A DNA stretch of 64,000 bases, from positions 2,356,001 through 2,420,000 of the forward strand of contig OZ218965.1 of the NCBI GenBank assembly GCA_965112735.1. The letters are read 5' to 3'. The stretch comes from Phaeosaccion multiseriatum (taxonomy: Eukaryota > Protista > Ochrophyta, other classes). The notes under the pieces are model-generated. The model made no database searches and was not told the origin of the DNA. It saw only the letters and a list, made by a program, of their open reading frames with translations. The position numbers were made by a program, and so were the translations under genes. Positions 26,120-38,202 of the stretch are shown here, in pieces (the first letter of the stretch is position 1; each line of letters begins with the position of its first letter).

Positions 26120-27278
26120 ATGGCGAGTCCCAACCGCAGTGTTGTGATGGCGCTACTTCTGCTGCTGACCGTGGCGGCCCTGCTCCTTCCCGCGTGCGAT
26201 GCCTTCCTGAGGCCGGCCGGTTTGGTGGCGAGGGTGGCCCAGGGGCGAGGCGGGAGGGGCAGCGGCAGCAGCGGCAGCACCAGCCTGCGGATGGGCATCT
26301 TCGACGACGTCTCTGTTCGTCTGAAGAATGCCATGAAGTGCGGCAACAAAGAGGAGCTAGGCACGCTCAGGAACATTAGGTGAGGCTGTTTTTTAGAGGC
26401 TCAGCTTTTCCCTTCTTCTCCTCGCAAGCTCCACTGACCCACGTACCCCTCTCATGAGTTGCGATAGCCAACGTGCCCCTCTCGCGAGCTGCACTGACCC
26501 TCTCTGGTGAGGTCCACGGACTCACACCCGCCCCGGCCCCGTCCACCCGTCCACGTGCCGCTCAGGTCCGCCTTCCTGACGGAGACCAAGTCCTCTGGTG
26601 CCGGTGATAGCCTGCCTGACGACAAGTGCCTGACCATCTTGAAGAAGCTGGCAAAGCAGCGAAATGGTATGGGCAGGGCCTTATCATCTATCAGTTTCGT
26701 CTGTGGCTGCTTCGAATGTGTTTGCCCTGCTCCCTGGTGCCCTCAAGTGATGTTTACGCCTCCGATCCGCTGGCCTCAATTTTGCTTCGTCTTGTTCTTG
26801 TTTCCCACCTTACTTCGCCCGCCCTCCAGAGTCAATCGATATGTACGTAAAAGGCGGGCGCGACGAGCTGGCCGAGGCAGAGAAGAAGGAGGTGAGCATA
26901 ACGAAGCATGAACACAGTAGCCGCCCGGCGCCTGTCGGTTGAGAGAGTCGAAGAAAGGGCTCTTCGCGGAGGTGCTGCTCTGGCCACGGGACTTCTGTAA
27001 GCTTTCTGCCGCCGTCTCACCCCTCTCGTGCCCCCTCTTGTCTGTGCCTGTTCTTGTTCTTGTATGTACAGCTGGACCTCATCAGCGCCTACCTGCCGAC
27101 GCTAGCGGACGCGGCCACAGTGGAGGCATGGGCAGACGCGGCCATCGCTGAGGCAGGCGCCAAAGGACCGGCAGAAATGGGCAAGGTCATGGGCCTCATG
27201 ATGAAGCAGCACAAGGCCGAGATGGACGGCAAGCAGGCACAGGGCATCGTGGCGGCCAAGCTCAAGGCCATGCAATGA
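26120..27278 (+). CDS. YqeY/GatB-C-like protein with bipartite plastid-targeting presequence (4 exons)
   Basis: Signal peptide ending CDA|FL (ASAFAP-like), then transit peptide; LKNAMK..LGTLRNIR; ILKKLAKQR..SIDMY..GGRDELAEAE; ISAYLP; MGKVMGLMMK..DGK. Confidence 0.85.
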
Positions 27279-27963
27279 CGGGGGCACCTGCTCGCAGAGG
27301 TCCCGCATTGGGCAGGGCAGCGGGGGCTTGGGCTTTGCAAGGGCGGGGCGTTTTGGTCACTGGGGGGCTCGAGAGGGCTCAACATGAAGGGTTGGAGGAG
27401 CTGCATCACAGGGGTTGCACATAGAGCGTATCGCACTCAGGTACACAGATAAAATAGATCACAAGACTTTCTCGTTACGCGGATCTGTTTTTTTCTTCTT
27501 TCTCCCCTCGGCAAATACTGGAAAGGACATAAATTTGGTACAGCCCTTCGGTATCCAGGGAGTGGAGCGTGTGGCAGACAATCAGTCTCACAATGTCTTC
27601 CAAGCAGGGGGGTGCGAGGGGAGGGAGGGCATGGACCGGAAGGAGCGTCCGGGAGGGCGCAGGAAAGCACACCTGCAGTCCTCAGAGAGAACGTCCTCAG
27701 AGAGTCTAACCAAACAAAAAAGGGAGGAGATAAAATAAGTTCCTATTCCGTGCTGCTATGCTTACTTGTTCAGGTAGACCAGGCAGGGCGGTGTGATGCA
27801 CCTGGCTGCCCCTTCAAAGCCCTACCCTGGATCGCTCGTACTTTCCTTCAATAAATACAGTGCCGTACCGTGTGCTCTGTGCCCTTTCCCACGCACAAGT
27901 CTCTGTGTCACAAAAGCCTCAAGCCTACCAGAGCCTGCCCGCCTGCCTGCCTGCCTGCCTGCC

Positions 27964-28880
27964 TTACGAGGTAGCCGACGCGGCCGCCGACGAGGCCGAC
28001 GCCATGGCCTTCTGGGACTTCCTCCACGCCTTCTGAATAACCCTCGCAGCAGCTTGGGCTGCGTCACCCGCCTTCCCGGTCAGATCATACTTTGCGTTCA
28101 AATCGAGCGCCGTGTGCTTGATGGTGTGCTTGACCGTGTGTAGGGCGTCCCCAGCCTTGTCCGTGATGTCGTACTTTTCATTCAAGTCGATTGCGGTATG
28201 CTTGATTGTGTGCTTGGCGTCGTGCAGCCCATCCCCTACCTTCTCGGAGATGTTGTACTGCTTATCCAAATCGAGGGCAGTGTGCTTGATGGTGTGCTTG
28301 GCGTTGTGAAGCGCGTCACCGGCGGTCTCCGTGATCTTGTAATCTTCGTTAAGTTGCTTGACCTTCTCGATGGCGGTGTCCACTGAGCAGCAAGCAGAAC
28401 AGAGAAAGAAAGGGAGAAGGGGAGGGTCAGAGGAGAGGTCAAATGGGTGGGCTGTCAGACAAGTGTCCATTGAGTGGCTAGAAGAGAGAGAAAGGGACGA
28501 CGGTCGGCCGGACGGTGGGGAAGTCAGAGGAGAGGTGGAAACCGTGGCGCGCCAGGCAGACGTGTCCGTTGAGTGACCACCAGACAGAGAGAGACAGGGA
28601 CGAGGGCTTGGTGTGGTGCATTGTGCGGGTTCTATGTTTGCATGACGGCCCGAGAGCGGTCGTTAGCCACAGCATCGCCCACGCAGAGCAGGATAGCTTA
28701 GAGCAGAACAGAAACGACCTGAGCCGCCCACGCCCTGGGCCACGCACATCCCCTATACCAATACGAGAAGGGTCGAGCATGGCAGGGTCATACCCCCTCC
28801 CCGCGTGCTTCTTCTCATGCTTCTCAGGCCCGTCAGTCATGCTCACCTACGCCTCCAGCCTGGTTCGTCAGCTCTGCCAT
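27964..28880 (-). CDS. Small protein with about 3.5 tandem 29-aa repeats and a C-terminal IQ-like motif
   Basis: 87-bp repeats (KYDITDKAGDALHTVKHTIKHTALDLN); AARVIQKAWRK; putative first exon MAELTNQAGGV from ATG 28880. Confidence 0.6.
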
Positions 28881-29628
28881 CTTTAGAGTGTTGCTGGGTT
28901 TTGGGGAGGAGGGTTTTGCCTGAGTAGAGGGAAAAGCGGGCACCACACACACAGACCTATTAGGAAGTTGCTTACAAGGGAAGGAGGAAGGCGACTGAAG
29001 CGGAGGGCGCGGGGTAAGCAGAGAAGAAAAAAAAGCTATAGACCGAGATTTGACGTGGAACAAAGGGGCCCCTTAAACATTCGTACTGCTGCTTCGCGCC
29101 AAAGGCGACGCGAAAAGTGTATACAAAGGTAAGAAACAAGAGCCAAAGGGAAGCGCTATATGGGAAGAGCATACCAGTCGAAACTGCAAGCCAAAAGGAG
29201 GAAGAGGCCGCAGATGAGATGAGAGGAGACCTAAGAAGAAAAAGATACGCACCGAGTTCCTTCACTACACAAGGCAGGAGGGGAAGGGAAGACAGGCAGG
29301 AGAGGCGAAGACGATCTCTTTTAGCAGAGAACGAAAGTCAAGGGGGATGAGGAAAGAAGGAAGGCTGGTTTGTGGGCCCCTCACCTTCCAAAGACGATAT
29401 CCAAGAAAGAGTTCCAGCACGCGGGGGCTCTTCAGAATCGTCCACCCCTGGGCCTAATCCTGACACCAGGCTGGGCCTGACCCTAAGCAGGATTTTCCTC
29501 TATCCACGACCGGGGCTGATCTGTCTTCTTCCCCCCGTTGCTCTCATCTCTCTTCTTGCATAAGCCCCTGCCGGAAGTAACACGCGCTCGCTTCGGTACT
29601 GCTGCTGTGGAGCGGAGGAGCCTTTAGG

Positions 29629-30569
29629 ATGCAGGTGCGACGAGTTTTAATCTTGTCTTCCCCCCGGTTTAAACCTTTTGTCCTCTGTCTACCTCTGAGC
29701 ATTGGTCGGCGGGTCAGTGGTCTGGGTGTAGCATCGGCGGACTTGTCTTTTATCTCTCCCTCTCTCTCGCTCATCCGCGCGTACTACCTGGTGCGCGTGT
29801 CTGCTGCATTGTGAGAGAGCCTCTCTCCGCGCGCTCCGCCCCTCTGCCGCTCAGGGAGTGCAAGTTCCGCTTTTGTGCCTCCTTTCTCCCCCCCTCTCTG
29901 CGGATAGGCCCCCTCCTTGTGATTGCTTCTCTGTTTACTTCTTGATTGCCCATCTTAAGAACCTCTCTTCACGTGTTCCGCTCAGAGGAGCTTTTCCCTC
30001 TCTCTCCTGTCTTTCTTTAAGTTGGTTGTGCTTTGTTCCCCCTTGATACCGTCCGCCAAGTCCACTTCCCCCTGTTCTGAGTGTTGTGCACGCCGTGATC
30101 TCTACGCAATGCTCGCCCCTCCCCCCCCCCCTGGCTCTTGGTGGCTCCCCTCAGATCTGGATCAAGACCCTCACGGGGCGAAAGCAGCAGTTCAACTTTG
30201 AGCTGGAGGACAAGGTGGTGCAGGTGAAGCACTCGCTGCAGGAGAAGGAGGGCATCCAGGTGGACCAGATTCGGCTCATCTACGCGGGCAAGCAGCTCGC
30301 AGACGACCAGACTCTCGCGTTCTACAACGTGGCAGCAGGCGGTGAGTAGCAGCGGGTGAGGAGCGCAGGTGCCTGTGCTCGTCTCCTGAGCCGCGAGGCG
30401 GCGTGTGGGGCCGCGCTTTTTACTCTGTGTCGCCTCTCCGGCACTTGCTGTATCTCTGACGCCTCAACCCTCCTGCTATGCCCCTCGCCACCCTGTGGCC
30501 GCGCCCGAACCCCCAGGCACAATCCACATGGTGCTGCAGCTGCGAGGAGGAGGAGGCGCAAGCGCTTAG
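29629..30569 (+). CDS. NEDD8: NEDD8/RUB1 ubiquitin-like modifier (exons 29629-29634, 30155-30341, 30517-30569)
   Basis: Spliced product [84 protein letters not shown] is typical of protist NEDD8. Confidence 0.85.
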
Positions 30570-31569
30570 CCGAGTTTGTTTCTTCTGCACCCTTTCATAC
30601 TTCCTTCCGCGGCTCGCTACCGGCGTGGCACGTTGGGGGGCAGGACGTCCTCAGGACTTCTTACACGCCTCCCTGCGCAGCGCCTCGGAAACGCGAGGGT
30701 GGCAGCGTACTTAGAGGAGAACAAGGAGGGCGGCAGAAGCGCTGCCCCAATCTTGCGGAGCGTCCGTCAGGGAGCTCCGCGTGCCAGATCATCAAATGAT
30801 GTCCTTCTCCTGTCATCACAGGCGCAGAGGTCCCGCACAACCAACGTCGGATGTCTTGCGGACGGGCCGTGGGGGAGGGAAATGATGTGATGATGGGGGG
30901 GGGATTCTCTCTTGTTCTACTCTTACATTCTTCGGAAGAGAGGCGCAGTGCAGCCCTTGAGGGCCTGCACGCGCTCTGCCAGAGGTGCATGAGAGGTGCT
31001 TGGAGTGGGGGGGGCATTGGCAGCGCCCGTCTTCTCGGGGCCGGAGAGTTCCGCTGCTAGCCGAGGAGTGGGCTTCAGGGGGGATCCGCTGCGGTACTCC
31101 CCTCAGGCGGATACCTGCGGCTGCTTCGCCGCTCATCTCCCTGTCGCGGCTGCCTCCGCCGTGAAGACCTTCCGCGCATGCTGTGAAACGAATATATATA
31201 CTGCTACGAAGTACCTTTTTTGCCCCAACAGCCTCGGTGGCTCTAAACTGGTCCACTCCGTGATATGTTGGGAGTTGAGGAGGCTCCTCGCCCTGATTTC
31301 GACCCGGGAGCGCTGAGCTGTGCTTTCTCTGGGCCGGTGGGGTTGAAATGGTCCCGCCATGGTCGGCATGAGTCTGCCCTGCGTCTCTGGTGTGCCCGGT
31401 GCGAAGGACACATCATTAAAGGGAGGGGGGGGGGGGATGTAGATGGCAATAGGGGGGTGGCCATGGTCGGGCATTGCCGTTCTTCATGTGGAGTGTGTGG
31501 TATTGTGCGGCGTCCGTTCCCCGTGTGGCTGTGGCTCTCCACTCTCCGTGCGCTCCCCTCGTTGTGCAG

Positions 31570-31795
31570 GAGAGGCTGGAGGCCGTGCGTAGGGCCTTTG
31601 GCAAACGATCGGCGGCCGACGCCCTCGAGGAGGAGTTCCCGTCAGCACTCGCTCCGCGTCATCGAAACGGTCATCAATTTGGTCTGCCCGTGTTGCAATC
31701 AGGCCTTCGTGAACTTTACCGGCTGCTTCACTCTCAAGGGCGGCCGCTGTGCGGCGGGCTTTGGCGCCTACTGCCTCGCGGCGGACTGCGGTAGA
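31570..31795 (+). pseudogene. Degenerate RBR E3 ligase RING2-like fragment
   Basis: VIETVINLVCPCCNQAFVNFTGCFTLKGGRCAAGFGAYCLAADCG resembles LxCPxC..F.DF.GC.AL.C..C...FCAxCL.DCG with several Cys lost and frames broken. Confidence 0.5.
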
Positions 31796-32002
31796 GAGTG
31801 TCTGTGTGAGTGTCTGTGTGAGTGTCTTTGTGTGTGTGTGGGTGTGTGAGAGTGTCTGTGAGTGTCCTTGTGTGTGTGTGGTGTGTGTGAGAGTGTCTGT
31901 GTGTGTGGTGTGTGTGTGGTGTCTGTGTGAGAGTGTCTGTGTGAGTGTCCATGTGTGTGGTGATGAGGTATTTGGTCTGTGTGTGTGTGGTGTATGTGTG
32001 AG

Positions 32003-32034
<32 letters not shown>

Positions 32035-32350
32035 AGTCTGCCTCTCCGCTGCTCGCTGCCGCGCCTCCTCTCACTCCTCGCCCACTGCCCTTTTTTTCTT
32101 CCTCTGCTGTGCGTGTGCACTGTGCAGGTACGTGTTGGTGGCTGCAGGGCGCATCGGTGGCGAGCTGATGCGGCTTGTGGCGGCGGCCATCTTCGAGGCG
32201 ATGAGGGCAGAGAAGATTGCGCCCAACTCCATCAGCCACCTACGGACTGTACACCAGCCAGAGCCCTCGGCGAGAACAACGCCAAACAACGCCTTCAATG
32301 CAGCGTCGTCAAGTGACAAGGCGGGCTACAGGGGAGGGGGGAGCAGTCCT

Positions 32351-32382
32351 GTACCAGTCTAGCAAAAGCACGACTTCTAACA
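32351..32382. mobile_element. Isolated arm of the 89-bp palindromic mini-element terminus
   Basis: gtaccagtctagcaaaagcacgacttctaaca, identical to 38260-38291. Confidence 0.85.
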
Positions 32383-32599
32383 GTCCGCACAGTGTCCCTG
32401 CGAGTCACGCGCACGCACACACCGGGCAGGCAGGGCCACGGGCAGGGTTCCGGCCAGGGCTACAGACAGGGCGTGTTCGAGGAGCTGGGACTGCAGTGGT
32501 GCGAGGCCGTGCTGGGCACCTCCTCCGCCGCCTCCGCCGTGGAGAGGGCGGGGGCCGCACGGAGGGGAAGTGCCATGACCCCAGCCAGCCTCAGCCGAG

Positions 32600-35175
32600 G
32601 TGGGGGCAAACATTGCCATCGCCTCCATGGTGGGGGGGGTGGGCTCTCCCTCCACGGCATCATCGGGAGCGATTGGCACGGGCACGCCAAGGGGGGGCGC
32701 AGGGCTGTCTGCGCTCTCTGCAGGGGGGCGCATGCGGAGGGGCTCCGTGCACGTGGGGCAACAGCCGCGCTTCGGCAATGCGTTGGCCAGGAGCGGAGAG
32801 GTGCACAGCCTGAAGATTGATGTGTCCGCCTCGGCGGAGGGCACCGACAGCGGTGCCGCCACGCTCAGCAGGACCCCGCGCAGGGGCAGATCTCCCAGCC
32901 ACCGGCGGAGGCGGGGCAAGGCACACACATGCGTCTGGGGGGAGGGCTTTGGTCACGCTGCAGAGGCCAAAGAGGCCCCTGCCAAGCCAACTGCCAAGCC
33001 AACTGCCAAGGTGTCCAAGGGGATGTGGGCCACCGTGTTGTGTAGGAAATCATGGCGAGGTGGAGCCACGCCTGCGAGGGGGACATAGCTACACTTCCAA
33101 GTGAGTCAGTTGGCAGTGGATCGAGTATGGCTCGTGTTTGTTTGTTCACTCCAAGGAAGGAAGGGCGGAAGAAAGGAAGGAAGGAAGGAGGGGGGAGGGG
33201 AGGCGAAGCGGCGTATGGGAAAGGGGAAACGAAACCTCCGAGGCACTTTGCTGCAGACTGTAGTCCCTTCTCTCTGCCGTCATCTTTTCCTCCCTCTCTC
33301 TCACTCTCTGCCTCTCTCTCTTCTCTCTCGCCCACACCCACCTACCCACCCACACCCACCCATGGACACACCCACTTACACACACTCAAACAACACACTT
33401 ACCTCTCTCAACGATGTGCCGTCAACTCTGTCTCAATTATCCCGTGTCTCCTGGCGGTCTCTGCAGATAGCGTGTCGCCGCTACAACTGTTCGCTGCTCC
33501 CACACCTCTCGTACTTTGTAGCAAAGCCGAGCAACCCGTCACAGTCAGACGGGGAGAGAGTACAAGCTGCTGCTGCGGCGGCAGCAGCAGCAGGAGCAGG
33601 AGCGAGTGAGGACACAGGGGCGGAGACGGAGAAGGTGCGACAGAGCACGCTGTCCTCCAGAGGCGCGGAGCCTTTGAGTAGTGTGAAGCGAGACTTATCC
33701 ACCGCCTCTGTGCTGGTGATGCTGGAGGAGGGAGGGGAGGGAGGGGAGGGAGGAGACCGCCTCGACTTGGCATCTCCATCGACGGCGGCTGCTTTGCTCC
33801 TGGGGGACGGTGCGGAAGGCTTTGTGGTGGAGGAGGGGAGGAGCGGCAGCATTTGCGCCGCGCAGGCTGAGAACCGCAGAGGGTCCATCAGCGGTCACTT
33901 GGCGGACTCTGTGGAGGGCAGGGCTGCGTACCTCAGCCCCATGGTGCTGCGCCATCAGCTCGAGAGGCTCGTGGTCACACACGGGGAGCAAGTGCTCACC
34001 TTGGAGTGTTTGCGCCGCTACCGTAGGCACCTCTTTTGGAATGTGAGTCAGTCTCTTGTTCGTCTGTCGTGTGCTGTTTTGCATTCAGTACTTACTCAAT
34101 ACCCTACCCCGTGTGTGTGTGTGTGCTGTCCGCCGATGGATCAGGTCGTGTGGCTGAGCACTCGTCTGGGGCTGCCCATGCCGCTGTTCCTGTCGGAGAG
34201 CTTTGAGGTGGAGGAGACGGTCGTCATCGGCTCCTGCAAGGCCGTGGTGAGCGCGCGCTGCCGGCAGCTCCTGGACATCCTGTCCCCTCCCACTCTTTCT
34301 CCGGCCCCCTCTCTGGCCTTCTCCTTGAGCGCCTCGATGGCCTCCCCGGGCATGCAGAAGGCCCTGCTGCCCCCCCTCCTGCTTGAGACGGTGTTCAGCG
34401 GGGCCTCCTCCAGGGAGCTTAAGGTGTGTGCGCTGTGCATGGCTGCGCTTCTCACGCACGGTCGGGCGGGGCTTTCCCAACGTCACTAGCCGACTGCAGC
34501 GCTTAGACAACCAGCCGGAGAGGGGGCTGACTCAGTGCAGTCACGCGGGGGGGACTTCTCTCCACGGGCGATGGTCTCTACCTCATGGTGCTGAAGCTCG
34601 TCACCTTCTATCGCCCCCCAAAGGCCCCTGGGAGCGTGGGGTACATCCAAGAGCTGCGCAGGTACAGAGAGGATGGCAGAGAGGTTGCTTTGCTTCGCCC
34701 CGTGCTGGGGACCCTCTTGTCGTGTTGCTGCCTCTGCCTCTGCCTGCCTGACGCCGAGCGTCGTGCCCTTCTCGTTCTCAGACGTAGTGGGCAGCCGCGT
34801 TTCGAGCAAGCGTTTGTAGAAGGTGAGTGAGTCTCTACCTTAATCACGCCCTGCCTGCCTGCCTGCCTTGCCTGGCGCACCCTTGCCAGCCGCATACTCG
34901 TAAGATGCGAAGCGAAGCGAACCCAACTCAACCCTGCCCATAATATGCCAACAGACCCGCTGCAGATGGTGGAAAGCGTTGGGCCAAGAGAGGTGCAGCT
35001 GCAGGGCCCACATGGACAGGGCGACGAGGCGGACAGAGACAGAGAAAGCCCCGGGGGGGGGGCGCGGCGCAGGTGCACAGTATCTCTGGCAAGCAAGTTG
35101 CTCTCTCTCATGAACGAGGTGCCCACCACCAAGAGCCTCATCTACAGAAACGTTTTTGGAAACGTCATGTGGTAG
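32600..35175 (+). pseudogene. 3' portion of a DENND4-like gene (C-terminal domain only); 5'-truncated, introns retained
   Basis: YLSPMVLRHQLERLV...HLFWN|VVWLSTRLGLP matches the DENND4 C-terminal motif YLSPLVLRKELE..IFWNLVWYF.RL.LP. No DENN domain or clear start seen upstream. Stop at 35175. Confidence 0.55.
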
Positions 35176-35219
35176 GGTAGCCAGTACAATGGTAAAGCAG
35201 GCACATTCTATATCAATAT

Positions 35220-35416
35220 CAGTTTCGCCGAAATTTTTTGAGGCTGATTCAGACTGCGAGTTACTTCTCTTCACCATGCGGTTGGGGGGGGGGGGGGTTC
35301 GACTTGCTTATAGCAACGGTCTTGTTAGAAGTCGTACTTTTGCTAGACTGACCTCCCGGCCGGTCTGAATTCAGAGGGTAGAGGTATCCGTCTAGCAAAG
35401 AGTACGACTTCTAACA
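35220..35416. mobile_element. Diverged, inverted partial copy of the palindromic mini-element (part of the internal region plus one palindromic terminus, 35323-35416)
   Basis: agactgcgagttacttctc..G-run..ttcgac is the reverse complement of 38292-38360, followed by tgttagaagtcg...cgacttctaaca. Confidence 0.85.
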
Positions 35417-35435
35417 GCATCCGCCTGCGCTTCAT

Positions 35436-35828
35436 TGTTGAAAATCAGTATAATGTCAATGGCCCAGGCCCAGGCCCAGGCAAATACGGTGAGAAACGGT
35501 GCGTGGCCCGTTTCTCACTCACCTCCCAGCAGGTTGGTCGCTCGTTTAGGATGGCTCACGGATAAAGCTAATAGAGACAAGGCTGGCTGCCAGGCTGGCT
35601 TTGGGGTTGCTATTACCTTGTCCATGCGGCTACTCCTATCCTAGGTGGAGAGCAACGTGACTCTTTACAACCCCAAAGCCAGCCTAGCAGCCAGCCTTGC
35701 CTCTACTAACTTATCGCATGCTAGTCCTAAACGACCACCTACGCACATAGGATAGTGAGAGCCACGCCACCCGTTCTCACCGCATCTGCCTGGGCCTGGG
35801 CCATTGACTTACGAATCGACTTTCCACA
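35436..35828. mobile_element. 393-bp foldback/MITE-like element with TG..CA ends and 4-bp TSD TCAT
   Basis: Long imperfect inverted arms (gtcaatggcccaggccc../..gggcctgggccattgac; ggctggctttggggttg/caaccccaaagccagcc); tcat at 35432-35435 and 35829-35832. Confidence 0.8.
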
Positions 35829-36052
35829 TCATGTCGGAGTTTAGGCCAGCACACACAGCACAGCGATTTTAGTAGCCTAGTACTTGTAATTACAAAGGGA
35901 AGTCTAAATGCAACGTTTTGTCCCTACGACTCGTCAGTCCCCCCCATCGGAACAAAGTTCATATCAGCGATAACCCATGTGTCGCATGGACCTCTCATGC
36001 CGAAGCCTCTGGAGCGCCACTGCCAAACGCCTGCGTATAGCGCACATGGCTG

Positions 36053-36383
36053 TACACTTCGTCCGAGGCCTCAGGAATCGAGAACCACTTGAGAACCACT
36101 TCGTCCGAGGCCTCAGGACTCGAGAACCACTTGAGAACCACTTCGTCCGAGGCCTCAGGACTCGAGAACCAGTGGAGAACCACTTCGTCCGAGGCCTCAG
36201 GACTCGAGAACCACTTGAGAACCACTTCGTCCGAGGCCTCAGGACTCGAGAACCACTGGAGAATCACTTCGTCCGAGGCCTCAGGACTCGAGAACCACTT
36301 GAGAACCACTTCGTCCGAGGCCTCAGGACTCGAGAACCACTTGAAAACCACTTCGTCCGAGGCCTCAGGACTCGAGAACCAGT
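36053..36383 (+). repeat. 42-bp subtelomeric satellite, proximal block (about 8 units)
   Basis: Unit GAGAACCACTTCGTCCGAGGCCTCAGGACTCGAGAACCA(GTG/CTT/CTG). Confidence 0.95.
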
Positions 36384-36583
36384 TGTAAAAGCGACCTAAG
36401 CCGCTTAGACAAGTGGTAACCCTTGATATATTATACGGGATGGAACCCGTTTGCAAGCCCTGCTGCTAGGCTCTCCTTATACCAAGATCACCGTTCTGAC
36501 ATCCTCCTCCACTCAGAATCTACGTAATATAGGACACACCGACCATTGACTTATGGTCCTTCTCGCTCTGAGGCCTTCCAACA
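36384..36583 (-). repeat. 3' LTR of element A
   Basis: Direct repeat of 53439-53631 (2 substitutions, 1 indel); adjacent purine tract on the minus strand. Confidence 0.92.
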
Positions 36584-36659
36584 TCCCCAATGCCTATCCC
36601 GTAACCTTCCAACATCCCCAATGCCTATCCCGTCTCTGCGACCACCACCACCGCAAGGT

Positions 36660-38202
36660 CTAGAACCCCAAATGTTGCGCCGTCTCCGCAGCGATGCCCA
36701 TCCCCCACTTCTCGTGCAACATGGCGCGCACGGTGCGCTCTCGTTTAGACCGCTGCCCACGCTTGCGCTGCACGCTCGGGTCCAACGCCCCTGGCGCCAA
36801 AGAGTCCTCGAATGCCTCTATTGCCGCCCTCTCCCCGCGCCGCAAGAGCCAATCGTCCCACTCCCACGTCTGATAACTGCCACCCTCCCGTACAGCCCAA
36901 CGGACACAGTACTCACGCCGTAGGGGCTGCCCTGTGGCCTTACGCCACCTCATCTTCACTATCCGCGCCAGGTTGGGCGCCCGCCCTATCCCAACCTCGT
37001 CATCGGTCACGCTACGCTTCTCCTGCAGTGCACTAGTACCCCAGTGGGCTGAGCAGTACCGGATGTGGTATCGAGCGAACCCATCTGGTAGTCCTTCCGG
37101 TTGGCCACTCACCCCATCAACGAACGGCTTGGTGAGGTCCCTATGGTACGCCCCTTGCTTGAACTCCACTCCCCCGCCTCTGACCCTCGGCACATCCAGA
37201 TACACCGTGCTACGGCGCATCACCGCGTAGTGCTCGTCGTTGAGTATGCCACCATGTCGCGCCTGGAAGGCCTGCTGTGTGGGCCAAGCCAGGACTTGGA
37301 ACGGTCCGTCCCAAGCATGACTCAGCGCCTTGAGCGTCAGTGCCTTCTGCTCCTCCATGGCCTCACCCTCCTCCTGCGCCGCCCCCCCTGGACGGTACAA
37401 CCACACCTTAGTGCCAGGAGGCATCGGCGCTGGCCAGCGACGCTCACGGTTCTTGAGCTGTAGCCTGCTGCGATACTCCTCGCGCCTGCCCGTCACCACC
37501 TGCGCCGCCGCTGCCATCCGCGCCCTCAGCTCGTGCACCCATGCCGAAGGCGTCTCGAACGAGCCGTCCTCCTCGAGGGCAGGCAGCATCGCTTGAAGTG
37601 GAATCGGGGGGTGTCGACCGAAGAGAGTGTAGTACGGGGAGAGGCCTGTGGTCTTGTGAGCTCTGCAGTTGTACGCGTACGTGAGCGCGGGAACATACTC
37701 AGGCCACTGCTGCATCTGGGCCTCCACTGTCGTCGCCAGCATGTCCTTCATCGTGGCCATGAAGCGCTCCACTTGCCCATTGGCTTGCTGATGCATCGGC
37801 GTAGTGAAGACTTGTGATGTCTGGAGTACGCGCAGCACATCGGCCATGAGCGTGCTCGTGAACTGCGACCCTTGGTCACTGACCAGCACCTTGGGCGCCC
37901 CCAGCACCGTCACTACGTGCCGCACGAATGCCCGAGCAATGCCCTCCGCTGTATAGTCCTTGGCGCACAATGGTACCACCACTGTCCATTTGGTGAACCA
38001 ATCTTGAAACACCAAAATGTACTCCTCCCCCCCCATGGCCATGGGGAAAGGTCCTGCCACGTCAGCACCCATAACCGCCCATGGCCCATTCACAGCCGCC
38101 GGTGATATGGACGAGAGCGGAACCTGTGGAGGCCGCCTCCGTGGTGTCTTGCGTGTCTGGCACGCAAGACATGAACGGGCCCAGTACAGCGCATGCCCGT
38201 TC
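36660..38202 (-). pseudogene. Element A integrase core, GPF motif and chromodomain (3' half of the split pol)
   Basis: GADVAGP, LVSDQGSQF, NGQVERF (DDE); WDGPF; IVKMR..EYCVRW..TWE. Continues the 51009-53438 frame when the insert is removed. Confidence 0.9.
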
